A stretch of 64,000 nucleotides of DNA from an uncultured Methanosarcinales archaeon. GTDB taxonomy: Archaea > Nanobdellota > Nanobdellia > Woesearchaeales > GW2011-AR15. Where the stretch lies: assembly GCA_964441565.1 (NCBI GenBank), contig CAYTWW010000002.1:88032-152031 (forward strand), in the 5' to 3' direction. Shown one piece after another: positions 1 through 9,979 of this stretch. The stretch's first letter is position 1. Each line of letters begins with the position of its first letter. The notes below the pieces were generated by a model. It ran no database searches and was not told the DNA's origin. It saw only the letters and a list, made by a program, of their open reading frames with translations. The position numbers and the translations under genes are program-made.

Positions 1-278
1 AACAGAGTCGGCCTCATGGAGTGCGTCATGTACTTCATGTTTATCTCCATCATGTCGCTCTGGACCTTCATGGCCTTCTCTGGATGGTTCTTGAGTTCCT
101 TTAGCTTCTTCTGGAGCTCGTTCTGCTCAGTGCGCAGGTCCTTCATCAGGCTCTGATTGGTCAGGAACTTGTATGCTAGCGTGATGACAAGCGAAAGTAT
201 GAATGAGATGAGAAGAATAGCAAGGAACGGATGCATGGTCAGTAGTGGACCCATGATTGTATCGAGTATGGCCATCTA
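1..278 (-). CDS. DUF106/EMC3-like membrane protein (archaeal YidC/Oxa1-like insertase family), N-terminal part only; gene continues past window start
   Basis: Minus-strand reading from ATG at 278-276 gives MAILDTIMGPLLTMHPFLAILLISFILSLVITLAYKFLTNQSLMKDLRTEQNELQKKLKELKNHPEKAMKVQSDMMEINMKYMTHSMRPTL..., a TM helix followed by a K/E-rich coiled segment as in DUF106 proteins. Its position downstream of secY is typical in archaea. The ORF is missing from the ORF track, presumably because it is truncated at the window edge. Confidence 0.5.
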
Positions 279-706
279 TGAAAAAAATCAGGGAACCTAT
301 TTAAATATGCCGATTAGACATAGCATTCCTGGTTGTAAAAATTCACGAACATGCAGCTGTACAAGGCAGACAGACACGCAAAGGAATCGCTTGATCTGCC
401 TTGGAAACATAAGACGTTATTTTAACTCAGGAGTATAGATGAGCGTCAAGCCTGATGGACACCACGATAAGGAAGCGCCAGAGGAGCTGCCTAGGCTCTA
501 GATATCTTTCAATCATGCATTGCCGAAAACTTGACTTCTAGTGCGCTTGTCCATTGACTCTCACCTATTAACCGATACCCTGGGTTTTTCATGTTCGCGC
601 ACTTGAGCAAATCTTTCTGCGAACATGAGGCTTCGAACATGGTGAGATTGTCCGGCTCTCATCTGCGAGCAGTATGTCGGATGCCCGGTAACTGCCCTTT
701 CCAAAC

Positions 707-1462
707 TCAAGCTCTGCAGACAAACAACACCGGCGGATGCTTCCTGACATCCTTCTCAGATATCTGCAGCTCTCCATTCGCTTCAAGCAGCTCAAAACCA
801 GCTCTCTTTATCTCCCTCTTGACTTCCTGTACAGATGGGATGTGGATGTACTGCCTTGTCCGGAAAGTCCTCCCTTTGTCAGACGATTCCCTGTCAAAGA
901 ACCTGTCTCCGAAATCGATCTCATCTACTTTCCATCCAAGACGCTTGAGGATATGGAACCTGATCCACTGCTTGTTCCAGAACCAAGCGAACTCTTGGGA
1001 TAAGACCCTTGGATGCGCTGTGAATATGAATATCCCACCTTTCTTCAGCACCCTCCTGGTCTCCTCCAGCGCCTTGAGCCTGTTATTCCTCCCAGGGATC
1101 TGGGTCCATCCCTGGTTCGAGAATAGCGCATAGTCGAATGACTCATCCCTGAACTTGAGGTCGCAGGCATCCATGACCGTGTAGTTGATCTTCAGCCTTT
1201 CATTCTTAGTGATGGTTTTCGCACTCCTGATCATCGCTGGAGTGATGTCTATCCCTGTCACCATGAAGCCCATCCTAGCAAGCGGGATAGTCGTCCTCCC
1301 TGTCCCGCAGCCGATGTCAAGCACCTTTGCTTTCTGCTTTTTGAAAAACTTTGTGATGAAGTGCTTCTCAGATAGCCATAATCCCTCCCTGGCCTTAGCC
1401 TTGTACAGGCTCTGTGCGTTCTTTGATGAGAATTCAGTGATTACTAAGTCTTTCAGGGACAT
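707..1462 (-). CDS. Class I SAM-dependent methyltransferase
   Basis: 251-aa ORF with motif [13 protein letters not shown] and a Rossmann-like layout. It is co-oriented immediately downstream of secY. Confidence 0.7.
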   Translation of the reverse strand: MSLKDLVITEFSSKNAQSLYKAKAREGLWLSEKHFITKFFKKQKAKVLDIGCGTGRTTIPLARMGFMVTGIDITPAMIRSAKTITKNERLKINYTVMDACDLKFRDESFDYALFSNQGWTQIPGRNNRLKALEETRRVLKKGGIFIFTAHPRVLSQEFAWFWNKQWIRFHILKRLGWKVDEIDFGDRFFDRESSDKGRTFRTRQYIHIPSVQEVKREIKRAGFELLEANGELQISEKDVRKHPPVLFVCRA

Positions 1463-1576
1463 GGAGAATGGGAGACAGGAGGAAGATAAAATTTTTTTTT
1501 ACAAATCAATGAATCTGACATTAACTGCTTGTGAAATTAATGCTTTTCCACCTTTATGCAAAAGGTGGAGAAAAAA

Positions 1577-3076
1577 TTATTTCCCCATGAATTTTCTCAT
1601 GAGCGGATTCATGTCATACACATGCTCCTTGGCGATATCTTCGTAGAGCCTGTAGACGATCATGACTGTCAGGAGGATTCCTGTTCCTCTGGACAGAGCT
1701 CCGGAGAGATCTGCGAGAGCAGCAAGGAACCCTACAGTTATCGCGCCCATCACAGTCAGAGGGAGGATGTACCTGTTGAGCAGGGTCTCAAGTATCCTCT
1801 TGTCTTTCCTGAATCCAGGGATCTGGAGCCCTGATTTCATCATCTGGTCTGCCTGCGCGCTTGCATCCATACCTGATGTCTGGACCCAGAACAGCGAGAA
1901 TATCACTGATCCTGCTACCATGAGTACCACATATATCATGCTCTCGAAGAACACAGGCCAGCTAAAGCCTGTCCTGATCACGCTCTCAAGAAGGTTTGGT
2001 CCATTCAGCAGTGCGATGAAACCCACAGGATTAGCACCCTGGTAACCGCCTGGGAAGCAGAACGGGCTTCCTCCGAAGAGCCAGCATACAGGCTGCCCTG
2101 TGCCGACCCAGTTCTGCAGGAGTCTAACCCAGAGCTGTAGCGTCGCGAAGAGAGATGCGACCAGGATGACTGGGATGTTGCTTGTATAGATGAAATGCAG
2201 AGGCCACCTGATGCCATGCCCCCTCACCCTTCCGAATGATAGAGGGATCTCAACCCTCATCGACTGCGCATATACAGCAATCATGAACACGAATGCTGTC
2301 GCTGCTATCGCGAGTATTATCGAGAGAGCTGTCTGGAAATCCTGGTTAGGGAGCGCATAGAATATCAGTTCCCATAGTCTGCCTACCGGAGCCTGCTGGC
2401 TGACCCAGAACAGCTGCCCGTTGACATCGAATATGCTTATGAGCTGGATGACGATCTGCTTGCTTATGCCTGCTGCGATAAAGAGCGAGATGCCGGATCC
2501 GAATCCCCACTTGCTCACTATCTCATCCATGAAGAGGACAATCATTCCTCCGAGGAAGAGCTGGAATATGAGTCCGAACTGTATGAATGCTATCTGTCCG
2601 GCTGAAAGCGCTATCGATGAAGCAGTCGCCGTCGCTGAGAAGGATCCGCTGAGTGGATCGAAGAATCTTCCAGGCTGGAGACCTCCCATCATGACGTAGA
2701 TGATGGCCTCGAAGACTATGAATGCGATCGACATCAGCTTCTGGACGCCCTGGAATCTCTGTTTCCCCTCATGCGATGAGAGGTCGAACTTGATGATCTT
2801 GGAGCCGTTGAGAAGCTGGAGTATGATCGATCCTGTGACAATCGGACCGATCCCAAGCGACAGGAGGCTTCCGAACTCAGCTCCAAGTATGATTGAAAGG
2901 TACTGGAACTGCCTGAGCGCATTGTCTCCTATCCCGTACAGTGGGATCATGCCAAGAATGAAGAATAGGACTAGGACGACAAGCGTCCATTTTACTTTCT
3001 CCTTGAAAGGGAGTCTCTTCTGAGTAGGCGGCGCAACCTCGGGGAGGTTGAGTATGAGCTTATCAAAAAGAGACAT
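1577..3076 (-). CDS. secY: Preprotein translocase subunit SecY
   Basis: 499-aa multi-pass membrane protein with a typical archaeal SecY N-terminus (MSLFDKLILNLPEVAPPTQKRLPFKEKVKWTLVVLVLFFILGMIPLYGIG). It sits at the canonical end of the ribosomal-protein cluster. Confidence 0.95.
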   Translation of the reverse strand: MSLFDKLILNLPEVAPPTQKRLPFKEKVKWTLVVLVLFFILGMIPLYGIGDNALRQFQYLSIILGAEFGSLLSLGIGPIVTGSIILQLLNGSKIIKFDLSSHEGKQRFQGVQKLMSIAFIVFEAIIYVMMGGLQPGRFFDPLSGSFSATATASSIALSAGQIAFIQFGLIFQLFLGGMIVLFMDEIVSKWGFGSGISLFIAAGISKQIVIQLISIFDVNGQLFWVSQQAPVGRLWELIFYALPNQDFQTALSIILAIAATAFVFMIAVYAQSMRVEIPLSFGRVRGHGIRWPLHFIYTSNIPVILVASLFATLQLWVRLLQNWVGTGQPVCWLFGGSPFCFPGGYQGANPVGFIALLNGPNLLESVIRTGFSWPVFFESMIYVVLMVAGSVIFSLFWVQTSGMDASAQADQMMKSGLQIPGFRKDKRILETLLNRYILPLTVMGAITVGFLAALADLSGALSRGTGILLTVMIVYRLYEDIAKEHVYDMNPLMRKFMGK

Positions 3077-3078
3077 TT

Positions 3079-3528
3079 TTATTCGCTGGGCAGCACGACC
3101 TCGCCGCCAGCTTCCTTGACCTTCTCGATCACACCTGCTGATGCGCTGTCGACGGTTATCTTCAGTTTCTCTGTGACATTCCCCTTTGAGAGGAGCTTGT
3201 CATAACCCAGCTTTGTAAGATCGATCACATATAAATCTTTCTCTTTCGTGATCTCGCTTTCCCTCAGCATGCTATCGAGGTTCCTCTGGAGCGTGGCGAC
3301 TGTTATCGTGTTCACCTTGACTCCGTCAGCCTTCCTGGAGACGAAACCTACCTTTCCAAGATGCCTCTTTCCGCCAGTCATCTTCATGAGCTTGGCTTCG
3401 GATCTCTTTCCAGAGCCAGCCATTCCTCGGCCGCCTCTGCTTCCTGATCCTCTGTGCTTCTTGCCTGTGCCCTTGCCGTGGGTCTCGCTTCCCCTGAGCC
3501 TGGTCGCTTTCCTTTTTTTATGCTGCAT
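3079..3528 (-). CDS. rpl15: 50S ribosomal protein uL15 (L15)
   Basis: 149 aa, Gly/Arg/Lys-rich N-terminus (GSGSRGGRGMAGSGKR); located between L30 and secY. Confidence 0.9.
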   Translation of the reverse strand: MQHKKRKATRLRGSETHGKGTGKKHRGSGSRGGRGMAGSGKRSEAKLMKMTGGKRHLGKVGFVSRKADGVKVNTITVATLQRNLDSMLRESEITKEKDLYVIDLTKLGYDKLLSKGNVTEKLKITVDSASAGVIEKVKEAGGEVVLPSE

Positions 3529-3529
3529 T

Positions 3530-3928
3530 TTAGATCATCTTCCTGATGAGCTCATTGATCTTGGCGCCCCTGTATCCAAGCGCACCATGCTCGCCGAAGC
3601 CTTTCTTTGTGCCTTTCCTCTCGAATCCGCCTTTAGGAGGACTGAGCCTGAAAACCTTCTTGACTTTCTTTCCTGCGACTTCGATAGATCTCTCGTCCTC
3701 TGCCTCCTCGCCTCTCTTCTCTGCGAGCAGAGCAAGGGTCTCGTCGTCGATCTCTCCCCATGTGACCTGGTCCTTGACCTTGAGGACCATCCCTTTGTTG
3801 CTGGGTGTCCCTTCGATTACTGTGCACCAGTTCCTCCTGTGGAGATTCAGGAACTTGAGGCTCTCCTTGACAGAGAGATCCTGTCGTGCGAGGCCCCTCA
3901 TCCTAATAACAGCTAGTTTCGGTTCCAT
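3530..3928 (-). CDS. rpl30: 50S ribosomal protein uL30 (L30)
   Basis: 132 aa with N-terminal LAVIRMRGLARQ-type ferredoxin-like L30 motif; located between S5 and L15. Confidence 0.85.
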   Translation of the reverse strand: MEPKLAVIRMRGLARQDLSVKESLKFLNLHRRNWCTVIEGTPSNKGMVLKVKDQVTWGEIDDETLALLAEKRGEEAEDERSIEVAGKKVKKVFRLSPPKGGFERKGTKKGFGEHGALGYRGAKINELIRKMI

Positions 3929-3929
3929 T

Positions 3930-4715
3930 TTATTCAGCGCTCTGTTCCTGGAGCTTACCCTCTTGGATAGATAGTGCCTTGATGTGCTGAGGCTGGATCT
4001 TTGTCTTGATGAGCTGCCTCATCGCATCTTCGCATGCCTTCATGAGGTTCATGGTCGTCCTGGTCTGTCCATATGTCCTCGACCAGACATCCTTGACACC
4101 TGCGAGCTGAAGGACCTTAGCGCATTCCTTCTCGACGCAAAGCCCTACACCCTTAGGAGCAGGTATCAGCTTGATCCTTGTCGAACCGCATCTGCCTTCG
4201 ACAGTGTATGGAATGGAGTGAGGCTCTCCGCACATGCATTCCCATGAGCCGCAGCCTCTCCTGATCTTGAAGACATGCAGTTTGGCATTCCTGAAGGCCT
4301 TCTCCCTTGCAGGGACAGTCTCCTTGGATTTACCATAGCCAAGGCCGATGTACCCGTCCTTGTTGCCTACGATGCACAGGGTCGAGAAGTGAGGCTTGTT
4401 TCCTTCCTTCGTCTTCTTCTGTGTCTGCTTGAAGACCCTTCTCTTTCCTCCTCCGAACTTTCCCTTGGCCTGGCCGACAGCCAGCAGGTCATGCTCGATA
4501 TTTGGGACGAGAGCGTCTGTTATCTCGACCTCGAGGATCGTCTTTCCTGCATCGAGGATATCGTCGATGTCCTTTATCTCCCCTGACTTGACCTTCCTTC
4601 CGAGGTCTGTCCTTGGTTGCCAGGAATCGACAGCTGAGTTCTCTACTCTCGTATCCTCCTCGGGTTCCGTTATCTCTTCCGCGACTATAGTCTCCGGTTT
4701 TTCATCATCAGCCAT
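3930..4715 (-). CDS. rps5: 30S ribosomal protein uS5 (S5)
   Basis: 261 aa. The S5 dsRBD and C-terminal domain motifs are present (GGGKRRVFKQTQKKTKEGNKPHFSTLCIVGNKDGYIGLGYGKSKE ... IPAPKGVGL). It carries an acidic N-terminal extension. Confidence 0.9.
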   Translation of the reverse strand: MADDEKPETIVAEEITEPEEDTRVENSAVDSWQPRTDLGRKVKSGEIKDIDDILDAGKTILEVEITDALVPNIEHDLLAVGQAKGKFGGGKRRVFKQTQKKTKEGNKPHFSTLCIVGNKDGYIGLGYGKSKETVPAREKAFRNAKLHVFKIRRGCGSWECMCGEPHSIPYTVEGRCGSTRIKLIPAPKGVGLCVEKECAKVLQLAGVKDVWSRTYGQTRTTMNLMKACEDAMRQLIKTKIQPQHIKALSIQEGKLQEQSAE

Positions 4716-4716
4716 T

Positions 4717-5250
4717 TTATCCCTTCATTATCTTGTTTTTCACAGCATCGAACTCGTCAAGAGCCGTTGCTGGATGTGCGGTGAATTTGTCGCCGGCGTT
4801 CTTTGCATGCTCTGCGATATGCTTGCCCCTTATCCTGTCTTCGGATGGGAGGATCTCCTCTGAGTGCTCGATGACAAGTCCGCCATCGATGCATCCCTTC
4901 ACTACCGCGAACAGCCTTGATCCTGCGATAGGTGTCTGCAGGCCTAGGTCAAGGACCATCTCCTTGTCCTCGCTCTTCTTTGCGAGCAGAAGCCCGACAA
5001 GATACGCAGAAGGCATGTTGCCTGTGTTTGCCTTCCATCCATACTTCTTCAGCTCGCTTGACGAAGCGGTCTTCACGACCACATCTCCCACTGCGGCGTA
5101 CTTCACTACCTGAGCGACAATGTTCTTGTTCGATTTCCTGACGACGAGCCTTGGGACGCTCGTCTTGAGCAGGGTAAGGCGCTTCTTGTAATTGGTCTTG
5201 CCTTCCCTCTTTCTCCTGAATAGGACTGTCTTTATGATTTTCTTACTCAT
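4717..5250 (-). CDS. rpl18: 50S ribosomal protein uL18 (L18/L5e)
   Basis: 177 aa, RKREGKTNYKKRL N-terminus typical of archaeal L18. Confidence 0.9.
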   Translation of the reverse strand: MSKKIIKTVLFRRKREGKTNYKKRLTLLKTSVPRLVVRKSNKNIVAQVVKYAAVGDVVVKTASSSELKKYGWKANTGNMPSAYLVGLLLAKKSEDKEMVLDLGLQTPIAGSRLFAVVKGCIDGGLVIEHSEEILPSEDRIRGKHIAEHAKNAGDKFTAHPATALDEFDAVKNKIMKG

Positions 5251-5695
5251 TTTTGATTAGCCCCTGTTCTGTCAGATAAAGCTTGATATGCCTCTTGCTC
5301 CTGAAGAATCCTCCTTTGGATTTCAGGTAAAGCTCTCTGTAGAGCTCGTTTGTTATGACATTCTTATCCTTGAGGGTCTTGAGATAGCTTCTCTGGAGCC
5401 TGATCCTGTTCATCCAGGTTGTCTTCGTGTCCTCCCTGGCGCCAGCCCTTCCTTTCCTGGAACCCTGGCCTCTCCTGAGACCCTTCTTCTTCTGGTCGTG
5501 CGCCTTCCTGACCCTTCCCCTTGAGATCCCTCTCTTCGGGACGATCTGGATGACACCCTCCTGGATGAGGGACTTGATGTCATTTTTTGTGATTGCCTTC
5601 TTGATATCGTCGAGCCTCATGGTGTCGAATTTGACCCTTTTAGAGGACCCCTTGACGATGTCTGCTACAAGCCTTTTCTGAACGTCGAGATTCAT
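5243..5695 (-). CDS. rpl19e: 50S ribosomal protein eL19 (L19e)
   Basis: 150 aa, MNLDVQKRLVADI...KKAHDQKKKGLRRGQGSRKG typical of L19e. Confidence 0.9.
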   Translation of the reverse strand: MNLDVQKRLVADIVKGSSKRVKFDTMRLDDIKKAITKNDIKSLIQEGVIQIVPKRGISRGRVRKAHDQKKKGLRRGQGSRKGRAGAREDTKTTWMNRIRLQRSYLKTLKDKNVITNELYRELYLKSKGGFFRSKRHIKLYLTEQGLIKNE

Positions 5696-5705
5696 TTATA
5701 TCACG

Positions 5706-6278
5706 TCAAAATTTTTTGGTGAGCAGCCTGTCGATCTCCTGCTTCTCAAGCTTCTTCTTCTCCTCATCGGAGAGCTTGTCCTCGATCGACTCCTTCTCTT
5801 CTTTCTTTGTCTCTTTCTTCTTCTCCTCTACCTTCTGCTCCTTGACTTCCTTCTTCTTCTGGAGCTTCTGCTTCTTCTCAGCAGCATAGGCCTGAGGATC
5901 CTTGATGTTGAGGATTGTGAGCTTCATCTCGACTGCCTTGGTCATGATCTCAAGCTTCTTCTTTGTTCCGAGCTTGGCTGAGATTATGATACCCTGCTCT
6001 TTGGGCTTTACAGACCCTAGCTGGTCGAGCTTGGAGACGAGGACTATCTCAAGTCCGCTCCTGTCGAGTCCCTTGACCTCGCTTGGTGAGCCGTATCCTG
6101 GAGAGACCATCTTCTTGTGCCCGGACCCTTTCATCAGCTTTGAATGGTATCCATGAGGCTTCCTCCATCTGATGCTCCCCTGGAGTCTCTTGAGCTTGGT
6201 TGTGCCTTGCCTCACGAACTTGGGCTTCCTCGACTTGATGCTCTTCCTGAGTGAGAGTAGTTCCTTTTTCATTGTCAT
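5706..6278 (-). CDS. rpl32e: 50S ribosomal protein eL32 (L32e) with a Lys/Glu-rich C-terminal tail
   Basis: 190 aa. The L32e core is present (KPKFVRQGTTKLKRLQGSIRWRKPHGYHSKLMKGSGHKKMVSPGYGSP), followed by a roughly 70-aa KE-rich low-complexity tail. Confidence 0.85.
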   Translation of the reverse strand: MTMKKELLSLRKSIKSRKPKFVRQGTTKLKRLQGSIRWRKPHGYHSKLMKGSGHKKMVSPGYGSPSEVKGLDRSGLEIVLVSKLDQLGSVKPKEQGIIISAKLGTKKKLEIMTKAVEMKLTILNIKDPQAYAAEKKQKLQKKKEVKEQKVEEKKKETKKEEKESIEDKLSDEEKKKLEKQEIDRLLTKKF

Positions 6279-6808
6279 CTACCTTTTGAAGTCAGGAAGA
6301 TCCCATCCTGGAAGATCCTCCTGTCGAAGTTCTGTCTCTGGGTGCTCTTCTCGAGGTTGGCAGCTGTCTGTCCGACAAGCTCCTTGTCGTTCCCTGAGAC
6401 GACTATCTCTGCGCCTTCGATCTGCACCTTGACCTTAGGATCGACCTTCACAGTCCTTGGTACCTTCTCGCCGAGGAGGTTCTTGACCGATACGACGCCG
6501 TTGGCGAATGTGACATTCATCGGGAAGTGGCCTGAACAGACCTTCAGCTTGTATGTGTATCCCTCGGTGACTCCTGTCATCATGTTCCTCAGGAGGACCA
6601 CATAGGTGTTCACTACAGCCTTCTCCTTCTTTGTTGTCTCTTCTGCTGAAATCTCGACCCCGTCAGCGACCTTGACAGAGACAGAAGGGTTTGCGAATGC
6701 CTTTGTCAATGAGCCCTTAGGGCCTGTGACAGTGACATTGTCCCCAGACATCTCTACCTTGACCTTCTCAGGGATATCGAGCTTGACACTGATGTTTTTC
6801 TTTGTCAT
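6275..6808 (-). CDS. rpl6: 50S ribosomal protein uL6 (L6)
   Basis: 177 aa, two-domain L6 pattern, positioned between S8 and L32e. Confidence 0.9.
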   Translation of the reverse strand: MTKKNISVKLDIPEKVKVEMSGDNVTVTGPKGSLTKAFANPSVSVKVADGVEISAEETTKKEKAVVNTYVVLLRNMMTGVTEGYTYKLKVCSGHFPMNVTFANGVVSVKNLLGEKVPRTVKVDPKVKVQIEGAEIVVSGNDKELVGQTAANLEKSTQRQNFDRRIFQDGIFLTSKGR

Positions 6809-6809
6809 C

Positions 6810-7202
6810 TTAATACACGTATGCTACGAGTTTTCCGCCAAGGTTCTTCTTGACTGCCTCTACCTGAGTCATCATCCCCTGGCTTGTTGATACTATGAGC
6901 AGCCCGAACCCGAAGGCAGGCAGATACCTTTTCTCGAACTTCTCATATTCTGTGGCCTTGACATTGAACCTAGGCTTGATCACGCCGCACTTGTTGATGT
7001 TTCCGAGCAGGTTGATTGTGATCGTCCCGCCCCTGTTGTCGACGTTCTCCTTGAACGACCCGATATAGGTGTTGTCCTGGAGGATCTGCAGCACAGTCTT
7101 GATGACCTTTGAGTTGCAGCCTACGGTTATCTCCTTCTTGCCCTGCTTGTCCTCGTTGAGGACATGGGACATGACGTTTGCGAGTGTGTCGTTGAGTGTC
7201 AT
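6810..7202 (-). CDS. rps8: 30S ribosomal protein uS8 (S8)
   Basis: The internal Met (MTLNDTLANVMSHVLNEDKQGKKEITV...) gives a 130-aa S8. The 49-aa upstream extension in the ORF track overlaps the S14 gene, so it was trimmed. Confidence 0.85.
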   Translation of the reverse strand: MTLNDTLANVMSHVLNEDKQGKKEITVGCNSKVIKTVLQILQDNTYIGSFKENVDNRGGTITINLLGNINKCGVIKPRFNVKATEYEKFEKRYLPAFGFGLLIVSTSQGMMTQVEAVKKNLGGKLVAYVY

Positions 7203-7210
7203 TTTATCTC

Positions 7211-7447
7211 CTAGTTGAATTTCTTGAAGCCTAGCTTCGCAGCTATGTCCCTGAAGCAGCACCTGCACAGGTTGAGCCCATAGCTTGAGATGTTCCCGCC
7301 GACGCCGGTCCTTCCGCACCTGCTGCACTTGTGGTTTGCTCTTCCGCAAGATCTGGTCTTAGGGGTGTTGTATTTCTTGAACCTCTTGAGCTTCGACTGC
7401 TTAGCTTTCAGCTGAGTCAGTGCTTTCTTATGATCGCTAGTGGTCAT
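7211..7447 (-). CDS. rps14: 30S ribosomal protein uS14 (Zn-ribbon type)
   Basis: 78 aa with a C-x2-C ... C-x2-C zinc ribbon (CGRANHKCSRCGRTGVGGNISSYGLNLCRCCFRDIA). Confidence 0.8.
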   Translation of the reverse strand: MTTSDHKKALTQLKAKQSKLKRFKKYNTPKTRSCGRANHKCSRCGRTGVGGNISSYGLNLCRCCFRDIAAKLGFKKFN

Positions 7448-7956
7448 TCTTCATCCACCTTCACATTGAATTCTTTCTGGAAATATTCCACGCTGTCCTG
7501 CTGGGAGATCTTGTGTTCCTTCCCGACCTTCCTTGTCTGGAGCTTTCTCCTCTTTGTCCTGAATCCTGGCCTCTCGAGAGTGGCTGTGATCTGGAATCCG
7601 AGGATGCCTATCTCCGGATCGTAGGCGAGGCCTGGGATGTCGATATATTCAGTGACTCCGAAACTGACATTCCCTTCTGAATCGAAGCAACTCCTCTTGA
7701 GCTTGTTCTCCCTTGCCACAAGCACTCTCTTCAGGACAGACACTGCAGCATCTTTCCTGAGGGTGAGCTTGAGTCCTATAGGAAGTCCTGGCCTCAGGTT
7801 CCATCCTGGGATCCTCTTCTGTGTGACTGTCTTGACAGGCGCGATGCCTGTGAGTGCCTGGATGAGCTTCTGGCCTTTCTTCATCTGGTCCTGGTTAGTT
7901 CCAGTGCCCATGTTTATGGTCAGCTTCTCTATCCTGATATTCTTCATGACGTTCAT
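7444..7956 (-). CDS. rpl5: 50S ribosomal protein uL5 (L5)
   Basis: 170 aa, canonical position between S4e and S14. Confidence 0.9.
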   Translation of the reverse strand: MNVMKNIRIEKLTINMGTGTNQDQMKKGQKLIQALTGIAPVKTVTQKRIPGWNLRPGLPIGLKLTLRKDAAVSVLKRVLVARENKLKRSCFDSEGNVSFGVTEYIDIPGLAYDPEIGILGFQITATLERPGFRTKRRKLQTRKVGKEHKISQQDSVEYFQKEFNVKVDEE

Positions 7957-7957
7957 T

Positions 7958-8647
7958 TTAATCTACCAGCTTGATTTCAGGCTTGTCCTTGCCGATGACA
8001 AAGATATTTCTCTGGTCGCTTGTGAACTCGTTGCCTGATGCGTCCTTGACAGAGACCATCCTGCCGTCGATCTTCTCGATCTTGCCATGGTGGCCTGTGT
8101 ACTTTCCGCCGGATATGATGCAGTAGTGTCCTTCAGCAAGCTTCAGGTGCTCTGCGATCTCTTGGCTTGGGACCTTGATCCTGACGACATCCCCAACCTT
8201 GTATCCCTTGTCCTCAGCCATCATGATGTTCCTTCCATCATCTAGGTTGAGCTGGAATCCTTTCTTGATCTTGGTCTTGTTGATGATCCTGCAAAGCTTC
8301 CTGTCTGCCTCGTCCTTCCCGACCTTGACAAGTGTGAGCCTTCCTTTGGTCGAGATGAGCATCCTGTACGCTTCGTCAGCCACAGGCAGGCTCAGGACAT
8401 CCATGAAACCCACAGGATACCTGTGGTCCTTCCTTCTGATGCCGTCGACCATGACTTCCTTGTCCTTGAGGATGTTCTTGACTTCCCTTGTGGTCTTGCA
8501 GTAGTTCAGGACATCCTTGAATATGAGTGCTATCGGCATGCTCATGACCATCTTCTTTCCTGGGTTAGGCCTGACGATGAACTTGCTGCCCTTCCTGTCG
8601 ATTCTCCATGTGACAGGTGCTGTCTGCCTCTTCATGTGCGTCTTCAT
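7958..8647 (-). CDS. rps4e: 30S ribosomal protein eS4 (S4e)
   Basis: 229 aa, MKRQTAPVTWRIDRKGSKFIVRPNPG N-terminus typical of S4e, with a KOW-like C-terminus. Confidence 0.9.
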   Translation of the reverse strand: MKTHMKRQTAPVTWRIDRKGSKFIVRPNPGKKMVMSMPIALIFKDVLNYCKTTREVKNILKDKEVMVDGIRRKDHRYPVGFMDVLSLPVADEAYRMLISTKGRLTLVKVGKDEADRKLCRIINKTKIKKGFQLNLDDGRNIMMAEDKGYKVGDVVRIKVPSQEIAEHLKLAEGHYCIISGGKYTGHHGKIEKIDGRMVSVKDASGNEFTSDQRNIFVIGKDKPEIKLVD

Positions 8648-9030
8648 TGTGATTTCCTCTTGAGTGATTCTGAGCGCCTCTTGTCTTCAAGGGTGAGCTC
8701 TGTGATCATGACATTGGAAGGATTGATCCCGTAGAATACCTTGGACCCGTCTTTCTTCTGCATCTCCACACCATTGATGTAGAGCTTCTCTTTCTTCACA
8801 TCGATCCTCTCCACCTTTCCGGTCTTGCCGTTGAACTGGCCTCTGAGGACCTTTACCTTGTCTCCTACCCTTACCCTGACCGACCTTCTCTGGTATTTCT
8901 CCTTGAGGTCGTCAGCAAGGTGGCTTGATATGAATTTGCTCTTGATATGCTTAGGAGCGTTCAGCCTGAATTTTCTCTGCTTTCTTGGCTGGGTGCTCTT
9001 ATTCCAGGTTGCGCTGAATTCTGTTTTCAT
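8644..9030 (-). CDS. rpl24: 50S ribosomal protein uL24 (L24, KOW)
   Basis: 128 aa, KOW motif VRVGDKVKVLRGQFNGKTGKV. Confidence 0.9.
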   Translation of the reverse strand: MKTEFSATWNKSTQPRKQRKFRLNAPKHIKSKFISSHLADDLKEKYQRRSVRVRVGDKVKVLRGQFNGKTGKVERIDVKKEKLYINGVEMQKKDGSKVFYGINPSNVMITELTLEDKRRSESLKRKSQ

Positions 9031-9036
9031 CTTGGA

Positions 9037-9438
9037 TCACACGATTATGCTTGCAGTCTTTGAGATTCCAGACCATCTCTCGCAAGCCTCTTTGGCTACT
9101 GCGCCCTTGAAGATGGTTCCCTTCGGGTTTCCCTTGTCATCCTTGAGGACGACAGCTGCATTGTCTTCGAACTTTATCCTGGTGCCGTTAGGCCTCCTGT
9201 ATTCCTTTCTCTGTCTTACGATGACAGCCCACACGACCTGCTTCATCATGTCTGGCTTGCCTTTCTTGACAGCAGCCTTTATCAGGTCCCCGACTCCGGC
9301 CGAGGGCTTCCTGCTCCTCATGCCCTTGTATCCGAGGACCGAGATGACCTCCAGTACCTTTGCTCCTGAGTTGTCGCATGTGGGGATATTGGCTCCCACG
9401 GGGAGCGACCTTGTCACACGTGATTTTAATTCTTTCAT
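9037..9438 (-). CDS. rpl14: 50S ribosomal protein uL14 (L14)
   Basis: 133 aa, highly conserved L14 sequence ([28 protein letters not shown]...). Confidence 0.95.
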   Translation of the reverse strand: MKELKSRVTRSLPVGANIPTCDNSGAKVLEVISVLGYKGMRSRKPSAGVGDLIKAAVKKGKPDMMKQVVWAVIVRQRKEYRRPNGTRIKFEDNAAVVLKDDKGNPKGTIFKGAVAKEACERWSGISKTASIIV

Positions 9439-9746
9439 TTTTCCAGCACTTTCACTACTGCGAATTTCTTAGTCTTGGAAAGCGGCCTGCATTCCTTTAT
9501 GACTACGATGTCTCCTTCCTTGGCGCTGATGCATGTTGGGTTGTGGGCCTTGACATTGGATTTCCTCTTCTCGTACCTTTCGTACTTCGGGACCTTCTTC
9601 CTTGTCTCCCACTCGACACTTACGGTCTTCTGCATCTTTGAGCTGACGATGGTTCCCTGGAATTCCCTTCCTCTCAGCTTCAGGGATCCATGGATAGGAC
9701 AGTACCTGTCATCGCACTTGTTCTGTTCTTCTGATTTTTTTGCCAT
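9435..9746 (-). CDS. rps17: 30S ribosomal protein uS17 (S17)
   Basis: Start re-chosen at MAKKSEEQ (ATG at 9746-9744), 5 nt downstream of the Rpp29 stop. The OB-fold S17 core is present ([24 protein letters not shown]). The longer version in the ORF track would overlap Rpp29. Confidence 0.85.
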   Translation of the reverse strand: MAKKSEEQNKCDDRYCPIHGSLKLRGREFQGTIVSSKMQKTVSVEWETRKKVPKYERYEKRKSNVKAHNPTCISAKEGDIVVIKECRPLSKTKKFAVVKVLEK

Positions 9747-9751
9747 TTGGA

Positions 9752-9979
9752 TCACTTTTTTATCCGGTCTTCCGGACGCTTCGCGATTGTCTCGCCATTC
9801 ACCTTGCAATCATGTATGAATATCGTCGCGTTCTTCTTGATTATCGTCTTCACCCCTTTCGGGGTGTTGATCATGAGCGTGTTCTTGGTCTCGTCGATGA
9901 TAGTGCCTTCGAATTTCCGGCCGCTATAAATTATTAGCGCTGGAAGTCCGATGAACTCCCTTCTCTCGAGCTTTTCCAT
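9752..9979 (-). CDS. rnp1: RNase P protein component 1 (Rpp29/Pop4-like)
   Basis: 75-aa Sm-like protein ([45 protein letters not shown]), located between L29/SUI1 and S17 as in many archaea. Confidence 0.75.
   Translation of the reverse strand: MEKLERREFIGLPALIIYSGRKFEGTIIDETKNTLMINTPKGVKTIIKKNATIFIHDCKVNGETIAKRPEDRIKK

Noticed and set aside
157-438. 93-aa + strand ORF at the window start
   Set aside because: It overlaps the better-supported minus-strand DUF106-like gene (TM helix plus KE-rich region; expected synteny after secY).
3248-3916. Long antisense ORFs within the ribosomal-protein operon (for example 3248-3916, 8825-9472, 12181-12603, 12559-13101, 13092-13646)
   Set aside because: They lie opposite highly conserved ribosomal-protein genes and have biased composition (Arg/Ser/Pro/Leu-rich). 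They are typical shadow ORFs of GC-rich third-position coding strands.
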